From Macrostomum lignano (Eukaryota): 64,000 nucleotides of DNA. Positions 11,089 through 23,135 of this stretch are shown in pieces. The notes beneath the pieces are model-generated. The model searched no databases. It was not told the DNA's origin and worked only from the letters and a program-made list of their open reading frames with translations. Location: the NCBI GenBank assembly GCA_002269645.1, contig NIVC01002406.1, positions 113,398 to 177,397 on the forward strand. Direction: 5' to 3'. Each line of letters begins with the position of its first letter. The first letter of the stretch is position 1. The position numbers were made by a program, and so were the translations under genes.

Positions 11089-14064
11089 TCGAACCCTCTC
11101 AGGACAACGGCCTGCAGCATGTGCTGGATGACGGCCACAGGCACAGAGAGGAATCTGTTGGACGGCCGCCTGTGCTAATGCAATAGCTATCTCTCTGTTA
11201 TAGCGCGAACTTAGAAAAGTTGTTTACTACATGTATAACGATCTTTCAATTCACTCAATCATGTATTGTTAATCATTTCGAATAGGATTTTTCTTCCATG
11301 CTATAGTTTTATCGCCAATTGACAATTATTTTACTTTCAGCTTTTCGTTGTAAATTTTCTAAGACCATTAATTCATGGCAATTTTTCTGTTGTAAATATA
11401 AAACCCATTATTAAAATCCACTAATCACAAATCGCTATGCCATGCATATTTTTCATGTTTTAATATTCGATATTTGTGGAAATTGAGTCGCAATACTAAT
11501 AAATGCTCTAAATATTAAATAAATTATGTTATTTTCTTCCTTAAGCTTGAATATAAGTGTACTATACATGTATGACAGTACAAATGTCTGATCTTACGCA
11601 ACAATCAACCATGCAACCATGCAATATGCACTGTAGCTACTTATATTCATATGAATGTGAACAATAATTAACTAACAATAACTGTTAAAATATACTCGTA
11701 AAAATGTTATGCTTTTTGACATAAATTTGCTCGACTTTGCAAAAATCAATAGGCCAGGGTAGGCCTATTGCCAAAATTCTTACTTTCATAAAATAAATTT
11801 AAGTGTTATAAATTTAAGTGTAGTGATATAACAAAGCCAGTTACGAAATCAACGCAAAGCAATAAAACCTGACGAGTTTTGAGTATTAAGTCTTGTTCAT
11901 GAGTTTATTATCTTACAGACAAAATTAACTTCCATTTTTAAAACGTGTCACCGAATCGTCTAAATTTTTCACCGAATCGTCCTAAATTGTCACCGAAAAG
12001 GCTGTCACCGAAACGTCCTGTCACCGAAATGTCCAGGGACCCTATCTGTTTATATGTATGCTTATTAGGCCTATTTTAAGCCGTAACTATCAAGTTATAT
12101 ATCTTTCTATTTTAATTAAGGTTAGGACTAGCTTGACTTTGTGAATTGAGTAGTCAATCTAGCTATTCAGTTAAATCTATTAAATAATGATTTTCTGCAA
12201 GAAAGCCTGTTAGCATCTTTTGGACTTGTTGCATTTTTAAAAACAATGTTATAGATCTAATAAATAGGCCTAAATTCTTTGCAATTATACTTGCAACTTG
12301 CTTTTGGCATAACTAGCCTAGTAGCTAAGGTTATTATGAATAAATAATGATTATTGTAAATTTGATCAGATATAGGGCTAGGCCAAGTCTAGAATTTAAT
12401 AGCCATGGGGCATAATGCCTATTTAGACTTAGGCCTCATGTTTTATCATACTAGCAAATAAATGGAACTTGCATTGTTTTGCCTAAAAACTATATGGTCT
12501 AGAACCAATTTTAAAATAAAAAAATTAAATCTAAAAACATATATAATAATAATTTCTATACTCATTATTTTATTGGTATTTCTATTTATTGACTTAGGCC
12601 TTGTTACTTTTGAAATAGTCTTTATTAAGTATTCATCCTTAAAAGTATACTAATATAATCTATCAATCTTAATTGGCAACAACTATTTTTTGTTTCATTT
12701 ATGCCTAACATCACGTGGCTTATCCTGAAACTTGGGTGTCACCTTGGTCTTGCCTTTGAAGAAGCATGCAAAGCTACTTGGAATTTGAATTTAATATCCA
12801 GAATGCTACCTTTTGTGAAGCTGTGGTAAGTTTTAGTTACAAACTGATTTTTTTCTGTCATCAAAATGTACATTTATCTGTTATCCACAGATACTAATAA
12901 AATTCTGTAATTTAACTCATTTCTTTTCTAAGGTTTCTCACCTGACCTGAAGAAGCAGCATTCTGGCGATTGGCAGCAGCTTGTTTCTGAGTGTTCTAAT
13001 TCTGGTGCATTATAATATTTTTAATTAATGCTATTGACAATGTCAGTTTCAAATTATATATTGTATCATATGCGCAACTCTTAAAGGTATCAATATCTAC
13101 ATCAGTGTGTTTATTCTTTGTGTGCCAGTGACTTACTACTGTACATAAATACACCTTACTTATTGAGACATCCTTTTTGAATATATTTTTGTGCAGAAAT
13201 ATTTTTTGGCTTTAGTGTTTTTATCTGTGTTTCAGTTTTTTATATGGTATTGAGATCTGGGGTGTGTATGAAATTTTGAGATCTGGTATTATTTTGAGAT
13301 TTAAGATGCAATAATTTATTAGGGCAACCAGTATAATGGCTGCTACTCAATGACAATGTGGATTCTATGTGAAATACATAATTACTTCCATGTGGATCTT
13401 CCATGTGGAATCCATATCTTGATTCCACATGGATGGACAGAGACAAATGAACATATGGATTTCATATGAAAAATCCACATGGAATCCATATCATTTTTTT
13501 CACTGGGTTGAGCAAAGCAATGTTTAGTGTCGAATATCTCAGCATCAAAGCTGTCTTTTGCAATGCCTGAGGTGTCATTTTAAAGCTGAGACATGCGTAT
13601 AGACATGACTAGAATTTGACAAGATTCTGATGAAAAACAAGGACATGGCAACTGCACAAATATCGACAAAAAATCAGTGAAATTTCTGAATGTGAGATTG
13701 CGCAAAGCAATGCATGTTTAGTGTCGAATATCTCAGCATCAAAGCTGTCTTTTGCGACGCCTGAAGTGTCATTTTAAAGCTGAGACATGCATATAGAGTA
13801 AATCGAAGCATTTTTAAATCCAGTATCTGCTTTTAGGCTGCTACGATCAAAACAATTTTAGTCAACAGTAAAGCAATTTCTAATCAGAGCTAGTGTTGCT
13901 AAGCAATTTTTAAATCAATGCATGTCAGAAGGATTTTTACTTCAGTTAATAAATTAAAGCTTATTCGACGCCCAACACTTGCGTAAGTATTTGCCAAAAA
14001 GATGGTTGAAGTGGGTCAATTTTGTTTGAAGTTACAGACAATCATTTTGAATGTCTGTCTGAAT

Positions 14065-17000
14065 GGGTCTCCCTAAAACACGCCCCGGGGTGTGTATAAA
14101 AGCTGGCACTGGCACATTGGACACATTGGACACCCCTTTTTATAACAAAATTAGATATGAAAATGCAGAATAAACTTGCGGAGTTACTTTAAATAATTTT
14201 TAAAAAATGATAATATTAGAAATGACATCCTTGCTTTCGTGATAGATGATTTGTTAAATATTCTTTGTATTATCGTTTTTTGTACATGTTTAATTTGGCA
14301 TTCGATTTTTTAAAATAATCGCACATGTATGCAAAAACTGCAGCTTGCAATGCTATTACACTGTGATTTTACTACCCGAAGGTTCTGTACTACAGGCGTA
14401 CCGATTTAATGCTAAATATGCCTGATATATAAAATGATCAAACTAATAGTCAGAACTCAATTTTCCATAAAATGATGAAGCATTCTGCTCTTATCAAAAA
14501 ACCACAACTTATTTTGTTAGGATTACTTCATGAAGAACGAACTTTGGATATTCCAAGTTGCAAGTATTTCTATATTAAAAAAGTTAATACATTGGCAGAT
14601 TATTTGATGAAAAAATTGCACCCAAAAAGTTTTTTTTTACTTTGTAAGATGATGATTAAATTGATAATTTCCAAGCTTCTTCTTTTATTATTTCAATTAC
14701 TTTTTCTATGATTTCAACCAACAAAAAAGGAATAGCTACTCAGTGAAAGTTCAAATTACAGTCTCTTCTTTATATACAATCCTTGTAAGAAAACCTTTTA
14801 TTATGAATAATTTGCCAAGTCATGATATTTAAGAAATTGTGCTAATCATTTAAATTATGAGTTAAAAAATTCAAGCATTTAAGTAAAAAATCTACCTTAC
14901 AGACCAAGAAGTCTTTTTACTGAAAAGTTATGTGACACTTTGAATAAACAACATATAAACCATCTTCACATAACATTTATTGTCATTTATTTCAGGCCTA
15001 AATCCTTTAGCACATAAATATTCTGCACGTATGTTGCAGGGTATACTTCCTTCTTCTAAAATCCTACAAATGCCACAAAGTTTTAATAGGCAGATTTATT
15101 AGTATTGTTTATATTAATATTTCTATATTTATGAGAAGTGTCCCAATAAGAACAAGTTCCCAATCAGTAAAACACTATTTTTTAATTCTAATGTCCAAAA
15201 TTATGGCATTCTAAGGGACCAAGTGATAGGTTTTAAGCTACTATTAGCACCTGCATGATTTATTTATTTAATACCTACACATTCCTTAATGTCTATAGTT
15301 CGCCTAATTGCCTAATTGCTAACCCTAATTCTAGCCTTCTTGGCTTACAATTTTGCGTCTTCACAGCACATTATTCAATTCAAGCCCTACTAATTTTATT
15401 AATTTTATTAGCCTCTCTTAATTTTATAAAATAATAATTTTCTTTAGTGTAACTGCTCCAAAAATTTAAGTGGTGTGCCGAAACACCACTTGCACCATTA
15501 CAGCCCTGTCTATAATTTTTTTGTGCTAATTGGTTGACCACTTTCAATAATTTTCTTGGGTCAAGAGTGTGATATATGCATATTGCAGCATGAATTTTTT
15601 AAAGAATCCCTAATTTTATACAAGGAATCATACATATTTATAGAAAGTTAGCTCTTAGAGTAGAGATAAAGTACATAAGACTATTAATAGCAACTTTTCA
15701 TACAATTGCTTATGGTAATGACTTCTATTGTTATAAAGTTACAAATAAATAAAAAGTTACATTGCATTAAAACTGTACTTTATGAGTTGTAAGCCTTTCA
15801 ACTCAGAGTGCACTTCAATTGCTTTAATATACATTGCTAGATATTATTTAGCATTTCTTTGTTATTTATCATTTAACTCATTGCATTATTTAATTGCTAA
15901 TTTCATTTGCTCAGCTGCAATATTTATAACTTTTTTATTAATGCCAATGTTTGTTATACTTTTTCTCCCCATTTTTAGTGTTTGTGGTATTCTTTTGTCA
16001 AATTTTAATTTTTCAGCTGTATCTATCTTTACAAAAAATTGTACCTGTAAACTTATGGTTTTTTGCTTACAATGGTACTGTACTAAATTATATTTATTTC
16101 CTTGTTAGATTCTCTAAATTGAAAAAGTAATGCACTGCTTTATTATTATCCATATTGAATATTAAGGAGTTAGTATTCCTTCCTTGAAAAAGATTCTAGA
16201 GTTGGATTCTATTTGATAAGAGAATAAATAATTTATTGAGTTTTAATGTTTTTAAAACATTAATTAATTGCATTTTGATGGACACCATAACTTAAAAAAT
16301 TATTCATTTTTTTATTTAAGACACGGGGGATTTTAAAAGTCCATATTAACAACAAATCAAACATTAACATTATGGGAGAGAGAGAGAGAGAGAAGGATTA
16401 GATTCACTTTCACCATTGCTGTTGATTTATGGAAAGGCAGTAAACAAGCCAGAGCAGCTGCAAATTGTCAAATATGCCATGTCCGGCTATAAAATTCTGC
16501 AACTAGTCTGCTGCTCACTTTTTCCAACGTTTATTGAGAACAAGAAACGGCATTTAATGTTTCTATGTTTTCTGTAAGTGCACCAACTAGGTAAATGAAA
16601 ATGACGTACCGAAAGTAGTTCGACAATAAAGCAAGATAAGAAATGAATTTAAATGTAGAATAAAACTTGTTGATACTACCAATCTCATGGTTGTTAAAAG
16701 TATATAAAAAAGTGCAATTATAAATAAATATTTACATTTTCATTCGAAAGCCAAAGTAGATTTATTTAAGCAAAACAACGATCAAAACTCGATTTTTGTT
16801 AACATAAGGGGTGTCCAATGTGCCAATGGTGCCCTGCTTTTATACAGACCCACACGCCCCGCACTGCCCTGCAGCGCTACACATTAAAACAAATTGGACT
16901 ATAACTAAAGACACTTCAGAATGCGTTTTCTGTTAAGCTTCAAGTTTTTATTAAATTTAGTTTTTTTACTTTGAAATATAAAATTCGGTGAACAATAAGT

Positions 17001-17192
17001 GATATTAATAATAATATTATAATTTAATAATGAAAACGAGAATATAAAAAATAATAATATTTAAAAAAATAAATAAAGATATTTATTCCATTACTATTTT
17101 AACTTTTCCTTGCAATCAAATACTGCATTGACAAAAATGTTATAATGTGTAGCAGTTCGGGGCCCGGTGCGGGGCGTGTTTTAGGGAGCCTT
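14065..17192. mobile_element. Nest level 3b: Mutator-type MITE (~354 bp net)
   Basis: TIR core ctccctaaaacacgccccgcac...gctacacatta is restored once the inner insert is removed. 9-bp TSD tgtctgaat (14056-14064, 17193-17201). The outermost bases are mismatched (gggt vs aagg). Confidence 0.8.
14088..16851. mobile_element. Nest level 4b: non-autonomous Mutator-type element (2764 bp) inserted in the left TIR of level 3b
   Basis: ~55-bp TIRs gggt(g/c)tgtataaaagc...ggcacattggacacccct. 10-bp TSD acacgccccg (14078-14087, 16852-16861). No transposase ORF seen. Confidence 0.85.
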
Positions 17193-18745
17193 TGTCTGAA
17201 TATCTCTCGTGAAACCCTCACATTGCTCACATTTCAGACAACTGGGAATGTATATTTTAATATCTTACATAAGGCTATAGCTATAGGCTATATCGCCTAT
17301 ATGACTTAGTAGGATTTAAAGAGTTATTTTGTTTCATATTTTAAGGCAGTGCATAAAAAATAGCTTAAGCATGGTTAAGCCTTTAAAGAAAAATGGTTAT
17401 AAGACCGCACCTAAACCGCACCTACTTTTTTAATTTCAGGGTGCGATTTTAAAATTTAGGGTGCATACGCACACTCTGCGCACAAAAAAAAACCCTGCGC
17501 GCAATCGCATAACGCGTTGTGATTTTTCTGCAAGAATTCCATCCAGGTCGGGCCCCGCTGCTCAACGTCAATCTCGTCAATCTCGTCCACGTTTGTTGAT
17601 CATATTAATAAATAAATATTTAGTCTGTAAGCTGAGATAAAGTTATTCAATATTTTAATCAAGTTTTGTCTATCGTCTATGATTGAAAGGGACTAAGACA
17701 AGTAATTATTTTCTGAAATTTTATATGCTTGAAACTGAAACTACTATATAGTCATATTAAATATAGCATGCATGATGCTGCATAGGCCTAATCATTGATG
17801 TATAGATTTGATGCGATTCGAATTGCCCCCCTATCTGCTATTTATAGGCCTAATTTAAGCCTGAGTTTTATTTTGTAGGTATAGATTGATTAAGTTCAAG
17901 GCATACTTTTAAATTTAGTATTGCAATGGATATTCAAGCAATGCAAAACAGACTTATATGTCTAGGCTTAGTCTAAAATAGATTGATAGGCCTATAGTAG
18001 TAAGGCTCATCTTCCACAAATAAAGTGTCAAATGATTTGATTTGTATTACTTTAGCTACACTACAGTACAGTACAGGGTAGGCCCTGGCCTAGGCCTAGC
18101 TGAAATAAGAAATTTGATAAATTATAAGGCTTAGGCCTATCACAATTAGAAATATTACATTTTATTTTAAGCCTTTTTGACTTAAGCATAGGCCTTGGTC
18201 TTGGGCCTACAAATAGTTAAAAGCTACATAGTTATACATTACATAGGTCTATATCTATATTTTAGTCCAATTCATATTCTAGTATTAACCTAGCTAAGAT
18301 AAAAGAAAACTAAGATAAGATAAAAGGGTCAAGCCAGTCTTTAAAATACAACAAATATTTTCATTTTAAGCAAACTTAGATTAAACATATAAAAGAAAAT
18401 GCAAAATTTACATTCTTAGCAATTATTTATATTAATCTAATGTTATTTATTGTTAATTTTAAAACAGCAAAAAGTTTATCATTAACTTTCTAGACTAAGC
18501 CTATACAATTTTTCCATTACTTCACTTAAAAGTTAATTTACATTACAATTTTTATGCACAGCACAGCATATATTTATTCATCAAAATTAGTAGGCCCTAT
18601 GCCAAAAAATTGGCATCAATTTGTGCATCAAAATTTGTAGACCTATGCCTACAAAAATTGCATGAATTTGTATGCCAACTTTGAAAGGGGTCATTTGTGT
18701 GCTAGAAATTTTTTGGCATATATATGACCTTCTGGAGTCTGGCAC

Positions 18746-19043
18746 CATACATGCGCTACAGTCGGCCGAGTTGGCCGATCTGGCCAACTAATTTGGCGGC
18801 CAACCAAGGTAAGTCGCAAAAAGGCTTACCCCAAAGAATACACACGTAGTTCTAATTAGATAATGTGGTATTTAGCCCTTATAAGACAGTCATAGTTACT
18901 CTTGCCATTTACCCAAAATTGTATTAATTTTGCTTTAGGGTTTCTTTCATAGGTAAGTTGCATTTTTGGCCTAAAACTATTTCGCATTTTTTGTTAAAAC
19001 TAAGTCGCATGGCTGACCAAATTTTGGAAGTTGCACATATATA
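18746..19043 (+). mobile_element. hAT MITE family catacatgcgc, copy 1 (older)
   Basis: Homologous to 22235-22525. TSD tctggcac/tctggtac (1 mismatch); right TIR is decayed. Confidence 0.8.
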
Positions 19044-20757
19044 TCTGGTACTATAACTTTCAGCATCATTAGGTGATAATATTTTGAAGTAGATTGAAAA
19101 AAAATCTATTTCATTTCCCTCTCTCTTAGACTTTAGTATCTTCATCTCAATAGTTATATAAAATATTTCTTCTATTCAACTTTTGTCTTTACTGAGAAAA
19201 TTATTGGCTGTACTATCTAGAATTGTTTATCATTTTTTTGCTTGAATTTGATTCTTTTTTAATAATCCAAAAATATAAAACAAGTAAAGCCTAAACAAAT
19301 TAATAGTTTAGGCCCACTAGCATTTATTAGCTACGAAATTGCTTTTATAGTCAATTGCAACATTATAATATAATGATATTTGGGTAATAGATATATCCTA
19401 GGTAATTTCATCTAGGATATATCTCTAACATTTGAGTTTATATGCTAATGTATTAGAAAGGCTTTACAATGTTTTGGCAAAGTACTTTGGCCAAGTACAT
19501 TTTGGCAAATTCAAAAAAATGATATACTATATATAGAAAATTGAGACTGCTTAGCTATAATATTTTATTACCCTTCCTTGGAATTGAGGACCTACAGCAG
19601 ATAGAGTAATCAATGTAGAATACATTCTACTAAATTAATTGTTAAACTATTAATTTGTTCACCTGTTTTATATTTTTAGACTCTAAAATGGGAAAGAATT
19701 ATATTCAAGCAAAAAAATTAATGAATTATTCTATAGGATAGCTAAATTACCTAAGTTATATTCAATCTTTAATATTTCTTAAGATTAGAACTCACAAAGC
19801 TGTAAAGGTTAGAAGTAAACCCTATTGGAATAAGTTTCAAAAACTTGCAGACATGCGACACTGGTGCCAAAATTGTACCCTCAAAAATGTGATGTGACAC
19901 CAAATTTTGTTGATTAGGGGGTGACATGGCAACACGACACCAATGTCTGTTGACCAAATGACTGGGGGCAAGGGATGAGAGTATTCCTTTCCAATTTTGC
20001 AAAAAAAGAAAGGAAATTTAAAAACAATTAAAAGTAAATCAACAATGGTACAGCAGTTAAAAAAACAGTGCATACTATAACTAACAAGTAACATTTCTAA
20101 AAATTATATTCAAAGTATTAGTTACTTTATCGTCAAAATAAAAAAAAAACAATTCAAGAACTAGTTATTATCAAACATGTTTAAAACATTTAAATACCTA
20201 GAAACAACAGTGAACAGATTACAATGAAATACAGTTTGCAAGGTTTTGGCTGCAGATCCAGGCTGCAATGCGACACATGATAATGCTAGCTGCCAAGTTG
20301 CCACACTGTCGTGTCGCGATAAAACAAAAAATTACAAGAAGCTCATCTCTTGACATAATGACATTTACATTAATGAAAACCCAGAAAATGAAGACCCAGA
20401 TATAGTTTCTGACTGTATGTTCATTAATTGTGGCGACTGACAACTGCAACAGTGTCGCAACACTACCAAACAAAACCATGGACTCTGTGACGGCAACGCA
20501 ATACCAGCTGTTTGATGACTCCTCCGCAATGCAACACCACCCACTGAAGACTCCACCATAACGTGACACAGAAAAATTTTATAAACACAATGGACACCTA
20601 TCTATTTTGTCAGCTTATTCCAATATGGGAATAAATCAAATGGTTCAAGACAAGTTGCCTTCTTTTCCTTAAACTTTGTGTATTTATAGACTATAATAAA
20701 AAACATATGAACTAAAGCAAATTTTTCTTAGAAAAGAAGTATACTTAACTATAAATA

Positions 20758-21021
20758 TAACGGGTGATCCAAAAAATGGACAAACTTTGTAGTCATTCCT
20801 ACCATTACACATCTACTGTATGGCTTCAAGTTGAAAGTGACTGTTGGCTAAATTTAGAAATTTTAAGAAACTGGATAAAGATATCCATTCCAAAGTTGGC
20901 AGAAAAAATCTTATAGGTGTCAGGATTCACCTGCTGCGAGCCTATAAAGATTCACTGTATTGCCTTGGCACAGTTTCACTACAAAGTTTGTCCATTTTTT
21001 TGGATAACCCGACACCCGTTA
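20758..21021. mobile_element. Tc1/mariner-type MITE
   Basis: TIR taacgggtg-atccaaaaaatggacaaactttgtagt at both ends (the right end has a short extra duplication), flanked by TA/TA. Confidence 0.75.
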
Positions 21022-21539
21022 TATAGTATTAAAATTTCTTGGAATACTTGAATAAGGGCTTTTCTTATATATACTTTTCTTTTTTATATTTAATATATTA
21101 TACTTTAAACATTATATAACTTGCACTTTGCTGTACCACTACCATGCTAAAAGCAATTGTCACACTTAGGATAAAAAAGTATAAGCCAAAAAATTTGGCA
21201 TGCATTGGCCTTTGCATACCAAAAGTTAGGTATACACACCTAGTATGCACTATGCACTATATAAAATCATGTGGAAGAGTTAAGTAGAAAAAATATTGAA
21301 AAAAATATTTTTATACAAATTTCATGCTTTCTAGTTTTTAAGCTTATAAAAAGCCATTTAAACAAATATTGCATATTGATTTTCGAATATAAATAGTATA
21401 GACAAAAAGGATAAATAACCAAATTATAAGCAAAAAGGGTCCTTTATGCAATATTAAAAAGGTAATTTATTATTGCAATGCAAAAAGTCATTTATTGTTA
21501 TAATACCAGCTTAGATTTAGGATGTAAGCATACATGCAC

Positions 21540-21691
21540 AACCTTGGGATTCACTCGGCTGTTTTCAATGGCAACACATATGTAAGTCGCTATTGGCTGA
21601 GAGTAATAGTAGTCACGTGACTACTATTTTGTCCAATAGCAACTTACATGTGTATGTTGCCAATAGAAATGGCTGGGTGAATCCCTAGGTT
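21540..21691. mobile_element. ~150-bp imperfect palindrome (hairpin MITE)
   Basis: Arms aacct(t/a)gggattcac...ggcaaca...tgtaagt(c/t)gctattgg...atagtagtcac mirrored around cacgtg (21614-21619). Confidence 0.7.
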
Positions 21692-21889
21692 GCACCCAAG
21701 CATGGATGTAAGCATGTACTAAATTTATTTGGCATGCAATTGTAACTATTAAATTTTTGTTTGGGTGTGCACCCAGCATGATGGAGACTATAAAGAGCAA
21801 CTATGCTATCTACATTCTATATGCTAAGGTATTGGCCTTAAAAGGCTTCTGTGTACTAGAATTTTTTAGACACAGACATTGGGTCTATA

Positions 21890-23135
21890 AGGATTGCTTG
21901 CAGGAAAATAGCTTGTCAAAGTTTGCTTGCAGGAAGATTGCTTATCAAAGTTTGCTTGTCAAAGTATCTTCATGCCAAAATTTGCTAGTATGAAGTTAGT
22001 TTGCTTGCTTGCAAAAGATTGCTTGCAGGAAGTTTGCTCACCAAAAGATACTTATAGAAGTTTATTAGCCATACTTTTGTGCTATTTTGCTTGACAAAGT
22101 TTGCATTATTATTCAATTGTAAAGATAACTATATGGAGTTACAACAGCATAATCATAATCCTCAACTATGATTATAAGTGTATTTAACTGCAAATTACTT
22201 AACTGACCACATCAAATTTTTTTTCTGTTATGCACATACATGCGCAACAGTCGGCCGAGTCGGCCGATCCGGCCGACTGATTTGGCAGCCAACCAAGGAA
22301 GTCGCAAAAATGCCCACCCAAAAAAATACCCCCGTAGTAGTACTAAGTAGCTGACGAGGCATTTTTGCCTGATAAGACAGTCATAGTTACTAGTCCCAAA
22401 GTTGCGTTAATTTTGCTTTGGGGTTTTTTTTACATGTAAGTCGCATTTTTGGCCAAAAACTACGTCGCATTTTTGTTAAAACTAAGTCGCACGGCCGACC
22501 GAATTTTGGACGTTGCGCATGTATGGTTATGCAATACTTTTAAATTGCTTAGTGCAATTTAAGTAACATAAGCATAACAAATGCACATGAAAAGTTAAAA
22601 GCTACATGAAGTAGAAATAAAAAAAATATAATGAATAGTTTTTGAAAATCATATTATACTTCTAATTAACATTTTAGTACATTTCTAAGAGGTTGAAATA
22701 ACCTAAGTATTTAAAAATGATTTGAATATTTTGTCTACTTTAATATACTATTGTGGCAAAGTCATAAGCTAATAAAATATGGAAAAGTATAGTGTTACTC
22801 AAAGTGAATATAATTAAAATGCTGCTGTAAACTAAAATTGTGTGTCCTAAATTGTGTGTTGCAAATATCCTGCAAGCAAAATTTGGCAAGCAAAGTACAA
22901 TAAGCAATTGTCATGCAGGCACATTTTGGCAAGCAAAGTATAGTAAGCAATCGTCATGCAGGCACATTTTGGCAAGCAAATTTTAGCCAGCAGATTTTAG
23001 CAAGCAATGTTTAGCAAGCAGACTTCAGCAAGCCAACTTTGGCAAGCAAAATTTGTCAACCAAACTTCAACAAGCTCAGTAAGCAAATTGTTGCAAGCAA
23101 ACTTTAATAAACAAACTTTGGCAAGCAAAATTTGT
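21890..23135. repeat. Inverted clusters of ttgcttg / caagcaa short repeats, possibly a degenerate TIR element
   Basis: tttgcttg motifs at ~21890-22105 and complementary caagcaaa motifs at ~22870-23130. Ends and TSD not resolved. Confidence 0.4.
22235..22525 (+). mobile_element. hAT MITE family catacatgcgc, copy 2
   Basis: 14-bp TIR catacatgcgcaac/gttgcgcatgtatg. Perfect 8-bp TSD gttatgca (22227-22234, 22526-22533). Confidence 0.9.

Larger units (their letters stand above)
6367..12041 (+). mobile_element. Nest level 4a: autonomous Mutator-like (MULE, Phantom-like) DNA transposon, 5675 bp
   Basis: ~230-bp TIRs (6367-~6598 and ~11812-12041); the outer ~175 bp are identical except a 2-nt indel and carry repeated ttcggtgaca motifs. 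Perfect 9-bp TSD ctatctgtt (6358-6366, 12042-12050). Encodes a transposase. Confidence 0.96.
5616..13507. mobile_element. Nest level 3a: CMC/EnSpm-like non-autonomous element (~2.2 kb net)
   Basis: Termini cccagtgaaaaa(aa)tga...tggattcca / ...tcatttttttcactggg, with subterminal ttccatgtgg-type repeats at both ends and 2-bp tt/tt TSD. Joining the flanks restores the 194-bp unit of the level-2 arm. Confidence 0.8.
3896..17224. mobile_element. Nest level 2: long-TIR (foldback-like) element, ~2.3 kb net, arms ~650 bp
   Basis: Left arm 3896-4575 includes a 194-bp tandem unit x2 (starts 4187, 4381). The right arm is its reverse complement, split into ~5550-5615, 13508-14064 and 17193-17224 by later insertions. 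About 98% identity over 13510-14064. No TSD found. Confidence 0.8.
3790..17497. mobile_element. Nest level 1: hAT-type MITE (~380 bp net)
   Basis: TIRs c(t/a)gggttttttttt. Perfect 8-bp TSD cgcgcaat at 3782-3789 and 17498-17505. Subterminal ggtgcgatttt motifs at both ends. Confidence 0.85.
3337..17552. mobile_element. Nest level 0: non-autonomous CMC/EnSpm-like TIR element (~500 bp net of insertions)
   Basis: TIRs cccgcccaggatggaattcttgta (3337) and the reverse complement of 17529-17552 (cccgacctggatggaattcttgca) match 21/24. Flanked by 2-bp cc/cc. Superfamily is inferred from CCC termini and a 2-bp TSD. Confidence 0.65.

Noticed and set aside
12700-13005. Exon-like pieces inside the CCCAG element, possibly remnants of an element-encoded gene
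   Set aside because: Splice-like sites exist but no convincing motif or continuous frame.
15465-15507. hAT-like end (...gcaccattacagccctg) suggesting another nest level
   Set aside because: No partner TIR or TSD located.
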